A stretch of DNA of 63,526 nt, counting the filler. It is 8 parts of 8 records of this genome, joined end to end, with 100 filler letters (N's around TTAATTAATTAA, not from the genome) between each part and the next. Parts side by side here need not be neighbours in the genome. Positions count along the whole stretch, not along the records: positions 1 to 14,587 come from SRR7504441_395; 7 more parts are not named here. The stretch is one strand, 5' to 3'. The notes beneath the pieces were generated by a model. The model ran no database searches and was not told where the DNA came from. It saw nothing but the letters and a program-made list of their open reading frames with translations. The translations under genes and the position numbers were made by a program. Each line of letters starts with the position of its first letter. The first letter of the stretch is position 1. Below are positions 1-14,033 of the stretch, in pieces.

Positions 1-3000
1 AATCAGCTGAAAAGGCGCACAAGGTCAGAGACCTGATGCATTCCAGCCCAGCGAGGCCGGAAGTAGTTTTGTGAGACGAGGAGACATCCAGGGAATGGCA
101 GAGATGCCTGGTCCCGACGAACCTGCAACCAAGCTAATCGTGTCTGGCAAGACACAATTCACCTTGAACATGTGGAAAGGATAAAAGGGTTCGTCGATGA
201 TCCAGTCGCAAAAGTCCGTCTCGTGGTTGCCCCCGATCTCGGGATCTTTTGTCAGCTTTTCAGCAAACCACAGGTTGTGTTGCTCGTCGTCACGAGTAAA
301 CTCCCCCTCGCGCTCCCTCTCGCGCTCCTTCTCCTTCTCTTTCTCCTGCTCCTGCTCCTTCTCTTGTTGTTGTTCGCGTTCTGAGTCTTTTGAGCTAAGT
401 TGCGTTCGTTCCGAGGTCTGTGTAATGGCTGCTGACATGCTCATGATCTCGGCAACCATGGTTTTATCACTCTCGCTTCTCACAAAATCAGAATGCTGAC
501 TTATCAGGTTCTCCACGATCTCAGAAAACTTTTCAGCGTGGGGCACCGAATCTGGAATGACATAGTCGACAATCTCTCTGAACTGCTGAACTGCTGAACT
601 CAGAAGTTGCTGCGCACGCCCTGTGCCAACAAATCGCTTGAGACGATACTCTGCAGATCGATCTGCATTGATCTCTGAGTTGGAAAGGAGCATTTCAAGT
701 CCTGATGTGCGCCACACGTTGTGAAGCTCCTGGATAAGCAGCTGCATGTGTTGTAGCCCTTCCATCCTCATGGAGTTCGTGAGCAACCAAGCGCATACAC
801 ATATTTCCCACGGGGTGTGTGCATCACCAGGAATTAGGCCCAGAGGCGAGAGCTCTTCGCGTATTCTACTGGCCACCTGGAAAGTCACACAAGGTGAGTA
901 CGAGGGCAGCTCTACCTCACACCTCAGGAATAATGTAGATGTGAAGCGTGTGACCTGACTCGAGTCCGCGCATTCGGAAAGCGCCCTGAGCGTAATCGCG
1001 AAATGTCATGTCTTTGCCGATGGTGACAACTGCCCGGGCGTTTGGGTGCTGTTTGATGTCCATTCCTGTGGTGTGTACCTGATCGTAGAAAGAGAACCTA
1101 CGAGCCCAATGATTAGCCTCCTAATTCTTGATATCCTCACCTGGATTTCCAAGGAACTCCAGATTGTGCCAACTTGACGGATTGATTGGACGACCTCAGC
1201 AAGATCATCTTTTGATCATGCCGGTCCAGATAGACCTGGCGCCGCTCAGCTTGGCAAGGACTGTTCAGCTCACAACTCCTTGGTAAGAGTCATTCAGCTT
1301 GCTGAGCAAATATTCCGCTACCTGTGGCACATTCACGATAGACACAACGCAACTAAGGGAGGCCAAGGTCATGAAATTTTCCCGAGAGAAAAGCAAAACA
1401 TTCAGTGCACAACTGAAGGCTGGACATGCACAGTACAAAATACCTCCAAATTATCCATTCCTGTCACAAGAGCCCCAGTGTCGATCAAGGCCTGCGAAAG
1501 CATATCAGCTCACTAGTGCCATTTTGGTATACGTGGAATGGGCCTTGTGGATGATCATCAGAGGCAATATCATTCAGCAGCTTCTTTGCGTTCCATTTAT
1601 CTACAAGAGAGTAGCTCATAATGTGAGGTGCTGTCAAAGTGTCCTGCAAGACAGCAGTGAGTGCCTGCCGTATAACGTAGTGCAAATATTCCACTGTACC
1701 ATGATTTGACCATCGCTGCCCGCTTCTGGCAAACATTCACCGAGTCCTGCTGGCAGCAAATAGGACGGAGTGCCTGAGAACCTGCGAATGCTCACACCAT
1801 TCTATCTCGAGGATTTACCCTATTCTTTCCTTGAATAAAATTTCCCCTCCAAGCTCGTGGCCACATGCTGAGATCTTGAGCGATTGGAATCTCATTGTAT
1901 CCGGGAAAATCTGGCACCCATCCATTATAGCATAGCTGAGCTGAGGTCTTACATGCTCCTCGAGGTAATAATGAATGACTTCGGGTACCCGGCCAATCAA
2001 CTTAGCCACTCGAGCCAGCTGGTCCTTATCTGCTGGCTGAAACTCACTTAGTGGAAGCACATTGATGTCAGCAGACGAGACCCCAGCATCGGCAGATAAA
2101 AGTCCCAATTGTTTCCAGCTCTCAAACAGGATGGCAGCAGGTCGCTCGGAAGAGGTGCCTATTTGGCTTGCGAAGTCAGTCTTCAGCTGGCTCACCACAC
2201 GCTCAACGTCAGCCTTGTGTCGGCCTACAGGATCAGCGCGAAGGCCTTCGTAACGGTAAGCGCTGATGGTGAGACCGATCAAGACATCTGGGTGCGCAAA
2301 TTCGGATGACCTGGACGGCACATCTTTGCCAATGAAAGGAACTGCCATCCTGATCCGCGAAAGCGGCGCCAGGTCAGGCACGCGGTCATATTCGCCAAGA
2401 AGGCCATACGTTACGCGGTTGATCTTGCACAGGCAATGAGGCAAGTAAGACTGGATCCAATCCGACGCAAGATTTAGCAACTTCATCGCACTGCTAGAGA
2501 TTCGCAGCACCATCTTAATCCCGTGCAGCCTCTGCCACGGTAGGACCTCTGATGCAGCAAGCTCCGCTTCTTGATCCAGGCGAAAGAGGCGGATCGCGTC
2601 TGTGGGAAATCCAAACGCACTTTCAATCCGCGATTTGACATCAGACACATCGCTTTGCTCATTCACTTTCAGTGTGTTGACAGCACCGGTGAGGTCGTGC
2701 ACATCAAGGCTGATGTCACCAGCAGGCATTACCCGGCTGTCCGAAGCTGTGTTAGCCTGGCCCTGCTGCTGCTGTGATTGTTGTGGCTGCTGACGAGGAG
2801 GTGGCGCTTGTGGCAGGCTTTGGCGCGGGAGATTGAGTGTGCACATTTCACACTTTGTAGCTGTTGGAGGATTTAGGTAGGTGCAGCATGGGCACATGAT
2901 CTTTTGGGGCTCATTTCCACAGACGCTCTGGCCACACACCTGACAGATGTCGAAACCTGGAGGATTGACAAAGGTGCAATGAATGCACTGAATGCCCTCA

Positions 3001-6000
3001 GGCTCATGCTCGGGCTCAGGTGTTGGCGTTGCTTGGCGATTTGTGTCTGGAGGCGTGGCTCCTGGCGTATACAGCCCTGCGGAAACCAGCTGCTTCACTT
3101 GGACATACTTATCAAAGTCTGCAGGGTCATCTGAGGCTGGGCCAGCAATATACTGGCAGACCTCAGCATTGGTCAGAGAGAGCCGCAGATCCTCTGTCAG
3201 CACCCTGTGGAGGTAGACAAGCACCCACTGGGTCATTACCGGCCGGATCTGACCCGCATAGTACTCAGTGTCGAGCAGCACAAGGTGTGGAATGGTCTGA
3301 ATCTTGTGCTCCTCGATCCCCTGTCTGATGAGCTCTGCGATGACAGCTCGAAGCTCGACTAGCTTGGCGTCAGCCTTGGCCTCTGCAGCCACCCATCCCT
3401 CATATTGCTGATCTCGCACTTTTGTCAACTCCTCGAAGCGATCCTTGGCGGCAGCTGCAGTCTCTTTGGCAATACTGGCCCCAGAGACTCCACGGTCCAG
3501 AGATCCTGGAGATAGCTGCGCCCGTGCCCACAGTGCAAGTTGTTCTAGTTGAGCCTGAGCACCAAAGACAGCGTTCATGAGATGAATAGGCAGCTCCCAA
3601 CGGTCACCTGTCCGGAAACAGTCATTAACTGCAAGTAGGTAGGGTAGCTAGGCACCAAACATGTCGATTGGGTCTTTCTGTCCTATTGGGAAGTTGAGCT
3701 CGGATTTCAACGGGTGAAGCAGCACGTCCACTTCGTCCATCAGGAGTATTCCTTGCTGCCACATCCGGATGATGGGCACTATAGCATCTGCGGTTTCAGA
3801 GCGACCAATCATGACCTCCTTCATCTCGTTCAGTTGTATGTTCACATGGGCACCCTGGCCTGCAGAAAGTGCAAACTCGGCGATGTTCTCCTTTTCAATC
3901 AGATGAACCATCTCAATGAACTTCAGCATGAGAGACTTGATGCATTCAGGCTTTGAGCAGAGTAACCCACGAGTTCTACGGGCACAGTCCAACTTACGAT
4001 ATAGCTGATTGATCCTCTGGCAGCCGTCTTGCGAGTCATCCCAGGCTCTATCGAACTCCAGTGTATAGATTCGCTTAGGTATGATGGACGAGAACGTGGC
4101 CCGGCAACAGCCTCGGGTCATCTCAAGCAGATTGGGGGGGCAAGTGAGGGTCATCAGCTGTGAGCCATCCGACAAGCAAAGCGATAAAAGCGGCCCGATC
4201 ACGGATGTCTTACCGGCACCCATGATCATCTGCTGACATGAGGATTCGCCTCGGGCATGGCACTGCAGAAAATCTTGTACCATCTCGACTTGTCGCTTGC
4301 GCAGAGGGAAGCCAAATACGAACTCGAACACCAAGAAGCGTGGGTCGTACTTTTTGGTTTGGCTTTCAATGCTGTAACGCTTGGCTAGAAGTGTGCCGGC
4401 TAGACGTGAAGATGCAGCTTCGAGCTTATTAGTTGCGTCCGCCTTGTCGTTTGCAGGCTTGCCTAGAATGTAATGCCCAAGCTGAGCACGAAGCCCTTTG
4501 GCTGATGCCAGCGTTCGATTAATATGAGCAAGTCGTGACGTGTATAGCAAAACAGCAAAGGTAGTGTCCAGCACAAGCTTGGGATCGGGACAGAACGGGT
4601 TGATCTTAAGGATGTCGCCCACAGATTCAGTTGATAAAAGCGCAGCCAGCGCGAATGTAGGTCTCACATACGCCCGCAGCCCACAGAAGCGGCGCAGAGA
4701 GAAAATGGTCTGCTCTAGATCACCTGCTCCTTGGGTCGACACTGTGTTTGCTAGATCCACTGCTAGTTTGAGAGCTGTGTCAATGGCGTGTGCATCCCTG
4801 GCCTGCAACTCAGTGAGGCGCTCGATAAGGCTGTCAAGGGTGCGCGTGGCCTCGACAGCTGGTGCAGCAGCACCGCTCACACAAGCTGTAATGTCTTGAC
4901 TACTGAGACCTTGGAGCCATAACTTACTCTTCTTTGCCACTCGATCTGCATTTCTGACCATGTCCTCTTGGAACCGATTCAGCATGTTGGAGGCCACTGC
5001 TTGCTGGGCCTCGGGATGTTTCGATATGTCGAACGGAAGCTCCGTTCTGGCCTGCCGCGGATCTGCATCGAGCTGCACATAGCTGTCCATGTCAAGATCC
5101 ATCGATAGAATCACAGAGCTAAATGCTTGAATCGCTTCAGCTGGAAGCAGCGGGTCCAGGGGCTCGAGATATCTTGTAGTACACGACATATCGTGAACCT
5201 GAGGGAAGCAGCAGCCAGGTTCGACAGTAGATTCTACTGGCACTGGCAATCTTGCTGTGAACTTCTCAGCTTCCACACCCATTTGACGGTCCAGCTCTGC
5301 TCTCTGGTCAAGGAATGCGTCGTGGGCCACTGCAGCGCGCACGCGTCTATGCTCTGCCTCCAAGCCTGGCAGAAAAGCTTGGACAAACTCAGAATTGCCA
5401 TCGTTGTATGTAGCAATATCCAGTCCACTGTCGGAGGCCAGCTCGGGCATGTCTGGCACCTACAAGGGCCAAGACTAACTCCCTAGTGTCACTTGGGGCA
5501 AGCACCCGGGGCCAAGTGTGTCCAGCTGGAGCGTGCAACATGGCAGCCAGCTCTGCAAAGTGCCTGGAGCCTTCTGCTACAGACCGAGCGTTCCGCCCCC
5601 ATGTGCAGTGCCGAAGAAAGAACAAGCTCAGAAAGAGCTCGCCCATCGAAGCTGTTACGTCTTTCCCATGGACCTGAGCGGTGAGATGACCAGCCAACAG
5701 CTCATACAAGAACAAGAAGCCACGCTGCCGAACAGAACCTGTAATATCGTCCTGTAACATCGGAGGCTGAGTGAAAGGCTAAGTGGAGCCAAGCACCTTA
5801 GGAATTTCTTCCTCGAAAATCATCGTCATCACAGGTCCATTGTCCAGTTGATCTTGTTCCTTGACATATCTATAGTTTGCAAAGCCCGTGTTGCTGAAGT
5901 TGACCCTTTCAGTAGCTAGGGCTTCTAGAGTAGCTATTGGTCGGCCACCCCAGAGCAATCGTGGGTGTTGCATTGCAGCCTGTGGTCGACCTTCCCTGTA

Positions 6001-9000
6001 TGTTTTCAGGAACTCTGACCTGCATCCAACAATTCAGTTGGTGCGTTAATGTGCATCTGCCTGTTCTTAATGAGCACGGTGCCAGTCTTTGAAATTTCCC
6101 ATATACTCGTCTCTTCGTCCTCAGATAGGCGACAAGCGGCTGAAACATGGCCAAGCTTTTTGAGGTATGCGTCGTATTCTCGAGTCACATCCATATCGAC
6201 CTTATTCTCAGAGAATTGCAATGCCAGGAGCAATTTTAGTCGCACAGCATGCGCGTTAGGGTGCGCATCTTCGAGCTGCTCCAACATACTGAACAGCCAC
6301 TGCTCGGCTGCATTGAAATTGACATCCACACAACAAGCCTCCAGCAGATTGAAGGTTCTCTCGTAGTCACGGTTAGCAAATCTGAGCATGAGAAGGTACA
6401 ATAGAGACTCCATTGTTGGTGTACTCAAAAAGGTGCAAGAGGTGTGCACAGGTAGCATGAAGTATCGCTGGTCCTGCATGGTAGTGGCCCATATCTCCGA
6501 GGTGCGATCTGGCACCAGCTGTGTTGAGAACGGCTCTCCTCTCTTTCTGGGCCTTGCCTGCCAACAGCGTCTAAATCAGCACGTTGTCGATTAACTAGCA
6601 TGGTACCAGCTTATGGCTCGATACTAGTGCCATCAGCTCCTTCGCGTTGTTCTCGAGGACCAAGCAGTTGGGTATCCCTTGCAGCTGATCATGCAGTTGT
6701 GCCATGCCTGGCCGGTCAGAGGGGACCTGGCCATTCTCGTCGAGAGCTGCTGAGCGAGAGATGAACCAGCCGGACTGCTCCACGTTATGCAGATGGACAT
6801 CGCCCTTGCTGTCTCTCTTTGGCACAAATGATAGCTTGAGTCGTGGCATCTCAATTTTATAGATGCTCCACAGATCATCTTCATTTCCCGAATGTGACGT
6901 AGTCCAGATCAATACGTGAGACATGTCCTCCACTCGCGCCAGCAACTGCGCCAACTCCCACAGCACTGACCCCTCTTCGGCGGTGAGTGGATTCAATAGC
7001 AGCAACGTCTCGCCAGCACTGTCAGGACGGGTGAATTGAGTTCCAGTGCCACTTACACCGCCTTCATGTGACCTAGCTCTCTGCAACCCTGCCGGCTTCT
7101 GGCCAGCTGACAGTCTAGCAATTGCTGGGGCGTTGATTGGGTCGTTTAGCCAGGCCTCTGCCATACTGAAATCTTCATTGCCATTGGCATCCACAAAGCA
7201 CGAGAGAGCATAATCTGCTGCTTCCTCTGAGACACCCAGGTCCTCCACCAACGGCCTGCATCGAGACATGGTCCGTTTCATTGGTGCTGGGCTCGGACCA
7301 GCCGCAGTCGACTCCAGACTGGAATTCTTCCTTCGAAGCACAGCACCAGCTTGGGGCTTGGCCTGCCCAGCTTCCATCTCCGAAAACTGTCCTGTATCCT
7401 TTCGTGAAATAATGGCCTCTCCATTCGGGCGGATAATGACTTCGACCTTGTAGTTGTACCACTCATCGCGGGCTGATTTGGGAGTGCCTCGTAGCATCAG
7501 GTCTTCCCCTTGCCAGAAGGTACAGGCATCCAGCAGTGCACCAGGAACTGATCCACGGAGCAACCGGTGAGGAATGAGTGTCTCTCGTCCATGGATAGCG
7601 TGGTTGTACCGAGTGATCACCAAGGTTGGAGCCAGTGGCTCTCCATCAAGTGATCCGCCACCTGAAACAATGCATTAAAGTGAGGGCTTTGCTTATTTGG
7701 TCACCAAATCTGATTGCATCAGGTAGAGGGCGGGTTGATGTAAGCCCAGTAGGTGGGAGCCCATGGAGAGCAAAGCGAGTATTGGAGGAGAAAACCTGTT
7801 TAGCAAACATTCGTCGTCCATGGGACACGTAGTTATAGCAGTGCACAGTGCCTGTCACCACGGTGATCAGGTCACCTCAAGCTCAGAGTCACCGTAAGCA
7901 CGAAGCACGACAAACTCCTTGAAATGCGGTGCGTCTGTCCCTGCATCTGCAAGACCAATCAGCCGGCATTCCATGGCGTCTGCTGCAAGTGGCTCCTCTG
8001 GTAAGAGTATGGCATAGTCCATTGCAAGAGGCCCGTCCGGGTAGCAAGCCTCAAGAACTGGCTGCAACAAATCCCTGACCCACATCTCCGTCTCTCGTGG
8101 AGGTGGCGGTGGCGGGATTTGTTTGTACTCCAAGTAGTGCCTGAATGGCCGCGTATACCGGACACCATTGTGCAAGTATCCTCCGTAGAAAGGATATGCC
8201 TCCCCATCGATCCCTGTGGGCCCTCCAACACCCTGATCTGTCATATCCGGCTGGTCCCATTCCAACAGCTCGTGGTCTTCACCCACAATACTCACCCATT
8301 GCCGATGCTCATTGCGAAACTTGTACTGAGGGCACAGCAGTGAGTGCGAGCAGCACTCAATACTAGGCATGCACCGCGCATCGAAGGGCTTCCTTCCCGA
8401 AGACGATCTCAAAATCTCCAAACGAGGTCATCGAGTCCGGGACAGGGCGTGTTTCTTGGTTGTTTGATAAGATCTCAGCAGCCTGTACATCGATTTTGAT
8501 GTCCATTACTGGTTCATGGTAAACTCCTTGGGCGAGCTCAGACCAAGTTGCCGCACCAGACATTTCGCCGATATGCGAGTTGAGAGCAATTGAAACTACT
8601 TTGCACATGACTTGGTTCACAGACTCTGGGTTGGCCTGAAGCCAACCCGTCAACTGTCTGCGCAGCTGCTGCATAAGAGAGAACAGTTGGTATTCTGGGA
8701 CCTGGCATGCCAGGCTGAGCTCGACACAGGAGGGCCAGCACCTCTACAGGAGGAGGTTTGAACTGCTTGCCTCGTTTGGTGAAGCCAGCCAGGGGGATTC
8801 TGATCACTTTGTTGCCTTGACAGAACCAGAGCGGCTCGCCAGTGAGGAATGGCTTTAATCGCTCAATGTCTAAGTCCTCAGTATTGACACCTTGGGCCTC
8901 GAGGAACCGGATCAGCTGCATTCCAACTTGCTTTTCGATCCTTCGCTGATCTGCACTGAAGAACCTAAAGGCAACATTCAATCAAGCAAGTAAGAGTCGA

Positions 9001-12000
9001 GTCAGTGTGTTACCCAGATGCATCCTCCTTGCCGTCGTCCTCGCGTAGCTGTTTCAGCTGACGCTCGGCCTCCTCCTTTTCATCTCCGTCCATGTCGAGC
9101 ATTTGGGCCTCCAGATCTTCGATTTCGGTCGAGTTGTCCACAATATTCATCTCAAGGTTACGCAAAATGGTCCCGTATGCGTGCTCCGTTCGCACATATG
9201 CCAGCGATCCTAGAAGCTGTGCGACTGTCTCTGCAGTCATCTCCTCTGCAGTCATGTTACCCAGAACAAGTGCGATGAAAGAATGAATGACCACCATCGT
9301 ATTCTGGTTGCCTTTGCGCTTCCCGTCCGTGGTCTCTTCTTCCTCAGCTTCCACGAGCCATTTAAGGAGGATATCCAGCACTGGTCCCCGCATGTAAGCG
9401 GACAACTCATCATATGTAGTGCGGAGCTTAGCATCCGCGCCAGGTTCGTTCATACAGTGGACCAGATATGACTCACAGTTGGCAGCTAGCTGGACCATAA
9501 ACATGATAAAGTTGGCATTGACTGAGTGAACGCTGCATTGTGCGACTTCCTCAATGTACCGAAGGGTTTCCTGAGCAACAAAACGAACTCAGCTTTAACA
9601 GCGAGTGAACGAGGGTCAAACCATTAGAGGGTCGAAAACAGAATGCGGTGAATTAGACAGCTCGCTGAGTAGAAGTCCATTGAAGGTTCCCAAAACTTGC
9701 CTGTCGTGTGCTATGAGCTGTGCCACTGCGGCATAGTCTGCTCGGCCCTAGCAGATTCATGTAAGTTAGTATTCCAGCTGCTGCGATGGTGGAAGAGCAC
9801 CTGCATATCTCTGGAAACCCTTGTAGGAACTCTTGTGACAAGCTCGCCGTCCATGGGTGCCCATCTTCCGAGCTCGAGCATTGTGGCCGAGAGCAACCGC
9901 TGTACGCTCTCTGAAAAGAGCAAGGCTGCTCTGTCCCCTTCGGCAAAAAATGATGCCACAAGTGGGATCCGAACATATTCGACTGTGAGGTATCCCAGAA
10001 GCCGCTCGGCCTCCTCACACGAAAGTGCACCAGCCACAAATTCCTTCAGGTGCTTCTCCTCAAGCCACAAGATATCGTCCTCAGTTGGATTTTGCTTCCT
10101 TGCATACTTGGACGCATCTGTAGGGCTTACAATCAGAGGTGACTTGTCACTGCCCCAGTTAAGCTTGCGGGAAAATCCCTGGCCAAGCAGCATGTCTGGT
10201 CAGATTTCTGTCAGCCACATGGGCACCCGAATGTTGAAGTCTGCAATGTCATTGGCCGCTCCTCGGACTCGAGTGATGCCCCATTTGAGCTCGAACGATC
10301 TTGAAGTTCGAGAAGTTCGCTGCGAGCCCTGCCCAGCCATCTTAGTGCTTGGCAGTCTCATATTGCTGCACCTGGTCGAATGAAATATGATATTCCTCAG
10401 TAGTTCGATCTGCCCGGCGTTCCATCATTTCTTGGACGCCAGTGAGCATAGTAGAAGTGAATTTCCAGAGGCAGACCATGTTACGAAGCATTGGCCACTC
10501 GGGATGCTCGCGTGCAAGCTGCATGAAGACCCCTCCAGGTGTGCCTGCAAGCATTTGTCAGGTCGGCCAATACAATGCAGCTACCAAGCCAGCCCATCAG
10601 GGCATGCATCTCTGTCGATCCCGGTGGCATGTCTCGTGGCATTAATTCGTAGCCACAGCGTTGCACAAGAGTCCTCACGAATCTCAGAGTGGAATCTTGC
10701 TTGTCCACTTCCAGCTCAGCGTTAGGATTCAACCGCAGGTTGAGGATGCACTGTGCCGACCTGCCATCGAGTGTCACAAGCTGCACAAGCATACAAGGCA
10801 CCCCATCTCGATGGCTGTGAGGTAAGCAATGGCTCCGCCACGTGCCTTGGCAAGCTCCGGCTGTATCAGCTCCCAGGTTTTGGAGGCCTCCTCGACCGAT
10901 TGGCCACCAAGTTTCCGGCCCAGGCCCAATGAAGTTGAGTATCCGCCAGCATCTGTGAGTAGCCTGGTGACTGCAAGGTCGTTGTCAGTGGCATGAGTCC
11001 GGATCAGCACAGTGAAGACTGCATATATCGCCAAGCACACCACAGCTGCCATCCAGCTCGTCAGCACGGGCTCACGCAAGCAGGGAGCACCCCTCTCTGA
11101 GCAATAGCTTCGAGTCGGTTCATCGATGTCTTGCCACATGTTGGTATAAAGCAACTGCAAGCCGTAGACCCTCTCGAGCACCTCGAGCTGCCGCTCGCGA
11201 CTGACAGAGGTGGTCCAAAGGCACGCCAGCCCAGCATTGGGTGGCTTGGGCATCGGCAGGGTCCTGCCGCACGCAAGTCACTCCCGATAAAGCAGGCTGC
11301 ACCGTGTGAACAGGGCTCCAATCAGCTGGATGACTTGGGCCTGCATTACCAGCTGAGAGCTGGCTGTTGAGTCATTCATATCTGCTCGGTGCAGCAGCTC
11401 ATCACAGAGTTCTTGACAAGTTTTCATGGCGGCAGCAGCTTCGTCCAGTGTAGTCACACTTTCGGGCAGCCTCAGGAGGTCAGCGAATGTGGGCACTTCC
11501 GGCTCTGTCTTGGCCCCGCGATACCTGCAGCAAGCCGATAAGTCGCTGCCGGAGTGCGAATCATCCACCGGTCTTCTCCGGTGGAGATGAGGTGCTCGTT
11601 GTGGCCAAAGTGAGACTGGTGACACTGTGTATCTATCTGCGCCGCAGGGGGCAGTCCACCCTCGTCTCCACCCACAATTGGGATCGAGTCTACCAGATCC
11701 TGAATAGTCTTCACTTCTTGGTCGTGCGCCTGTCACCAATGTCAGCTCAGAGCACATCAGCCAGCTGGTGTAGTCACCTGAAGCTGGTCTAGACTCAACC
11801 TACCAGCTTGGTTTTCTTTGAGCGCCGAGTATATGGCCTGCTGGCAGGCAATCTCGATCAGCTTGGCGTCAGACGACCTCAGCTGCACTGGATCCTCTTC
11901 CTCTGCCCCAGGCTCACAGGCGGCAGTGTGCACACATCAAAGCACCCTCCTCGCCAGCGTTTGCTGGCCAAGGGAAGTTGGCTCCGGTCGGGTCCGCCAT

Positions 12001-13862
12001 CACCAGCCCGCGCCCATCTGCTGAGACCAGCTCGCCGCTCGGCCGCATCAGCACCAGAGTGGGGATCCCGCGTACCTACACCTCTGCTCAACCATCAACA
12101 AGCGACGGCGGCACCTCAAACGTGTCTCGCAGCTGCTTGAGAACTTGCTGCTGGCCAAACGGAACGGCCAGCCAAGGCATGCTCGCCAGGTAGTCTTGCA
12201 TCGACTGCGCGTCCTTGTCGCCGGAGACAAAAACAATCTCGAACTCCGCATTACGTTGCTTGAGCTCACGGTACATTGCAGCCAGCTTGGGCGTGAAGGA
12301 ACGGCACGGCGGACCTGCACACCCAGCTCACCTGCCAGCAAGCGCATGCAGCGCATACACCAATGGGCCGAGAAGTAAATCCCCACAAGCTGCCGACCGG
12401 CTCAGCCCCGTACCGACTAGCCAGCGCACCTTGCCATCGAGCGCCGTGCTTCCGAGCGTCTGGTTGCCCTGACTATCCACCAACTGACACTCCAACAGCG
12501 GCCGCAGCTTGGCCCCATGGGCCTGGTTGCGCTGAGCGGCCGCCTGGTTCGGGTCAGCCAGCCCACGTAGCTCCTGTGCAACAGTAGCGAGCATAGTCTT
12601 CCGGATCCCGTGGCACAGCTGCTTGACCTACCAGGCCTGTCAGGCAGCAACAGAGCAGCGCCCGGGAACCCGGCCGAAATCGAGCCCGTGTCGGCGCATC
12701 CAGTACCGCACTGCCTCGAGCACACAGCGGTACGAGCTCATCTGGCTTCGCTGGAGAGTCCTCCAGTCAGCGTATTCGTCGTCCGGCTCCATCGCCCCGA
12801 CCAGTCCACGGCCGCACACCCACGGCAGCAGCACCTCATACATCACCTGCACCGCCATCAGGCTCCACCAACGGCCGGACCCCGCGCCTGAGCGCGGTGC
12901 GCCTCGTCTTCCGAGGCACGTTGATTAAGGAGCATCGCCAGGAACACCTGCCAATTAGATCTAGCCAGAGCATCGCGCCTGAGCCACCGGGTCCAATATC
13001 CGAGCCTGCTGCACCTGCCGCAGCCGCAGACACGTGCGGTACCTACCCCGCGCCCGTGAGCTGCCGCGCCCCGCATCGCTCACTTGATTTTGGGCGGGTG
13101 CGAAAGGTCGGTCGGATGGTATTCGATCCCGGGCCGCTCCCGCCGGTTGGTGTCAGGCCTCAGCAGCACGTCGCCCGGGTTGCACACCACCTGCGGGAGC
13201 TCCGCCCGGGCTGCGGCCAACGGAAGACCAGGCTGAACATGTCGGGCGCCTCTCGCTCAGCAATCAGGATAACGTGGGCATCAGTAGTCCTGCCGTCGGC
13301 TGCCAGGCCAATGATTCAACGGCCGGCCAGCGGCGCACTCCAGCCGCTTGGGAGCATCAGGCTGTCCCCCTGCAACCGGCTCGGGCGGCCCAGCGGGGAC
13401 GGCGCACCGTGGCTAGCTGCTCCAACCGCCTAGTCACTTCAGCGGCTAACCGGTCCAGATGTTCCGGCCCGCTGGCCGCCGCGACTAAGCGGCCGGCCGA
13501 CCGGCGGGGCGGCACCTGACCCGGAGGGTGGCCAGGGCGAGTTCTCGGCAGTCCTGCAGCTGGCCCCTCAGCTGGTCTAACAGCTCCACCTGCCCCACTC
13601 AGCCGGCCCCGACAGCCAGCGCGCCTGCTCGTCCGAGAAGAGCCCGAGGCCGCAGCCGGCCGGGTCTGCCACCATCTGGCCGGTCACTTGCTCGAGCAGC
13701 TGGAGCGCTAGGTCGGCCCGTCCGCCCTGCCGCCCGGGGCTGGCCTGGAGCCCCGGCGAGGGCCGGCGCGCCTCAAGATCGGTCTCCTCGAGATAAGGGT
13801 CGGCGAACTCGGCGCGGAAGCCGGGCAGCTTCCATATAGGCGGCGGCGGTTGCTCCGCCATG
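1..13862 (-). CDS. Giant multi-exon protein (>4,000 aa est., 3'-truncated by window edge): nucleoredoxin-type thioredoxin + UBA-like + DUF3638/DUF3645 SF2-helicase-like core with two NZF zinc fingers and a ubiquitin-like domain
   Basis: Chain of minus-strand ORFs joined by ~40-nt introns from ATG 13862 (MAEQPPPPIWKLPGF). GIYFSAHWC|PPCRSFTPKL..FEIVFVSGD..MPWLAVPF at ~12150-12390; QMIMGAGKTSVI (Walker A, ~4200-4230); LLMDEVD (~3725-3748); CIHCTFVN..CQVC and CPCCTYLN..CEMC (2840-2990); Ubl ~2510-2716; AVPFIGKDVPSRSSEFAHPDV; GFSGT; YDQVHTTGMDIK; QGAFRMR. Confidence 0.8.
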
Positions 13863-14033
13863 GTTCCCGGCGCGGTGCGGTGGCGAGGTGTGCTCTCAGA
13901 TGCCTCTTTCCGTGGAGATAGAGCCCGGTGTCCCTTCTCGTGCACGTGGCAACGGAAGGGCAACCTAGGGCCAAAGTGCGGGCTTTGGCCACATCTCGAC
14001 ATCTGTCGCCACCTATACGCCACCTATGAGCAG

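Noticed and set aside
305-375. CT-rich simple repeat
   Set aside because: Encodes the EQEQEKEKERE tract of the giant protein
12315-12390. ORF-track motif 'WCMRC' as the thioredoxin active site
   Set aside because: Read-through into intron 12315-12358; the spliced motif is WCPPC
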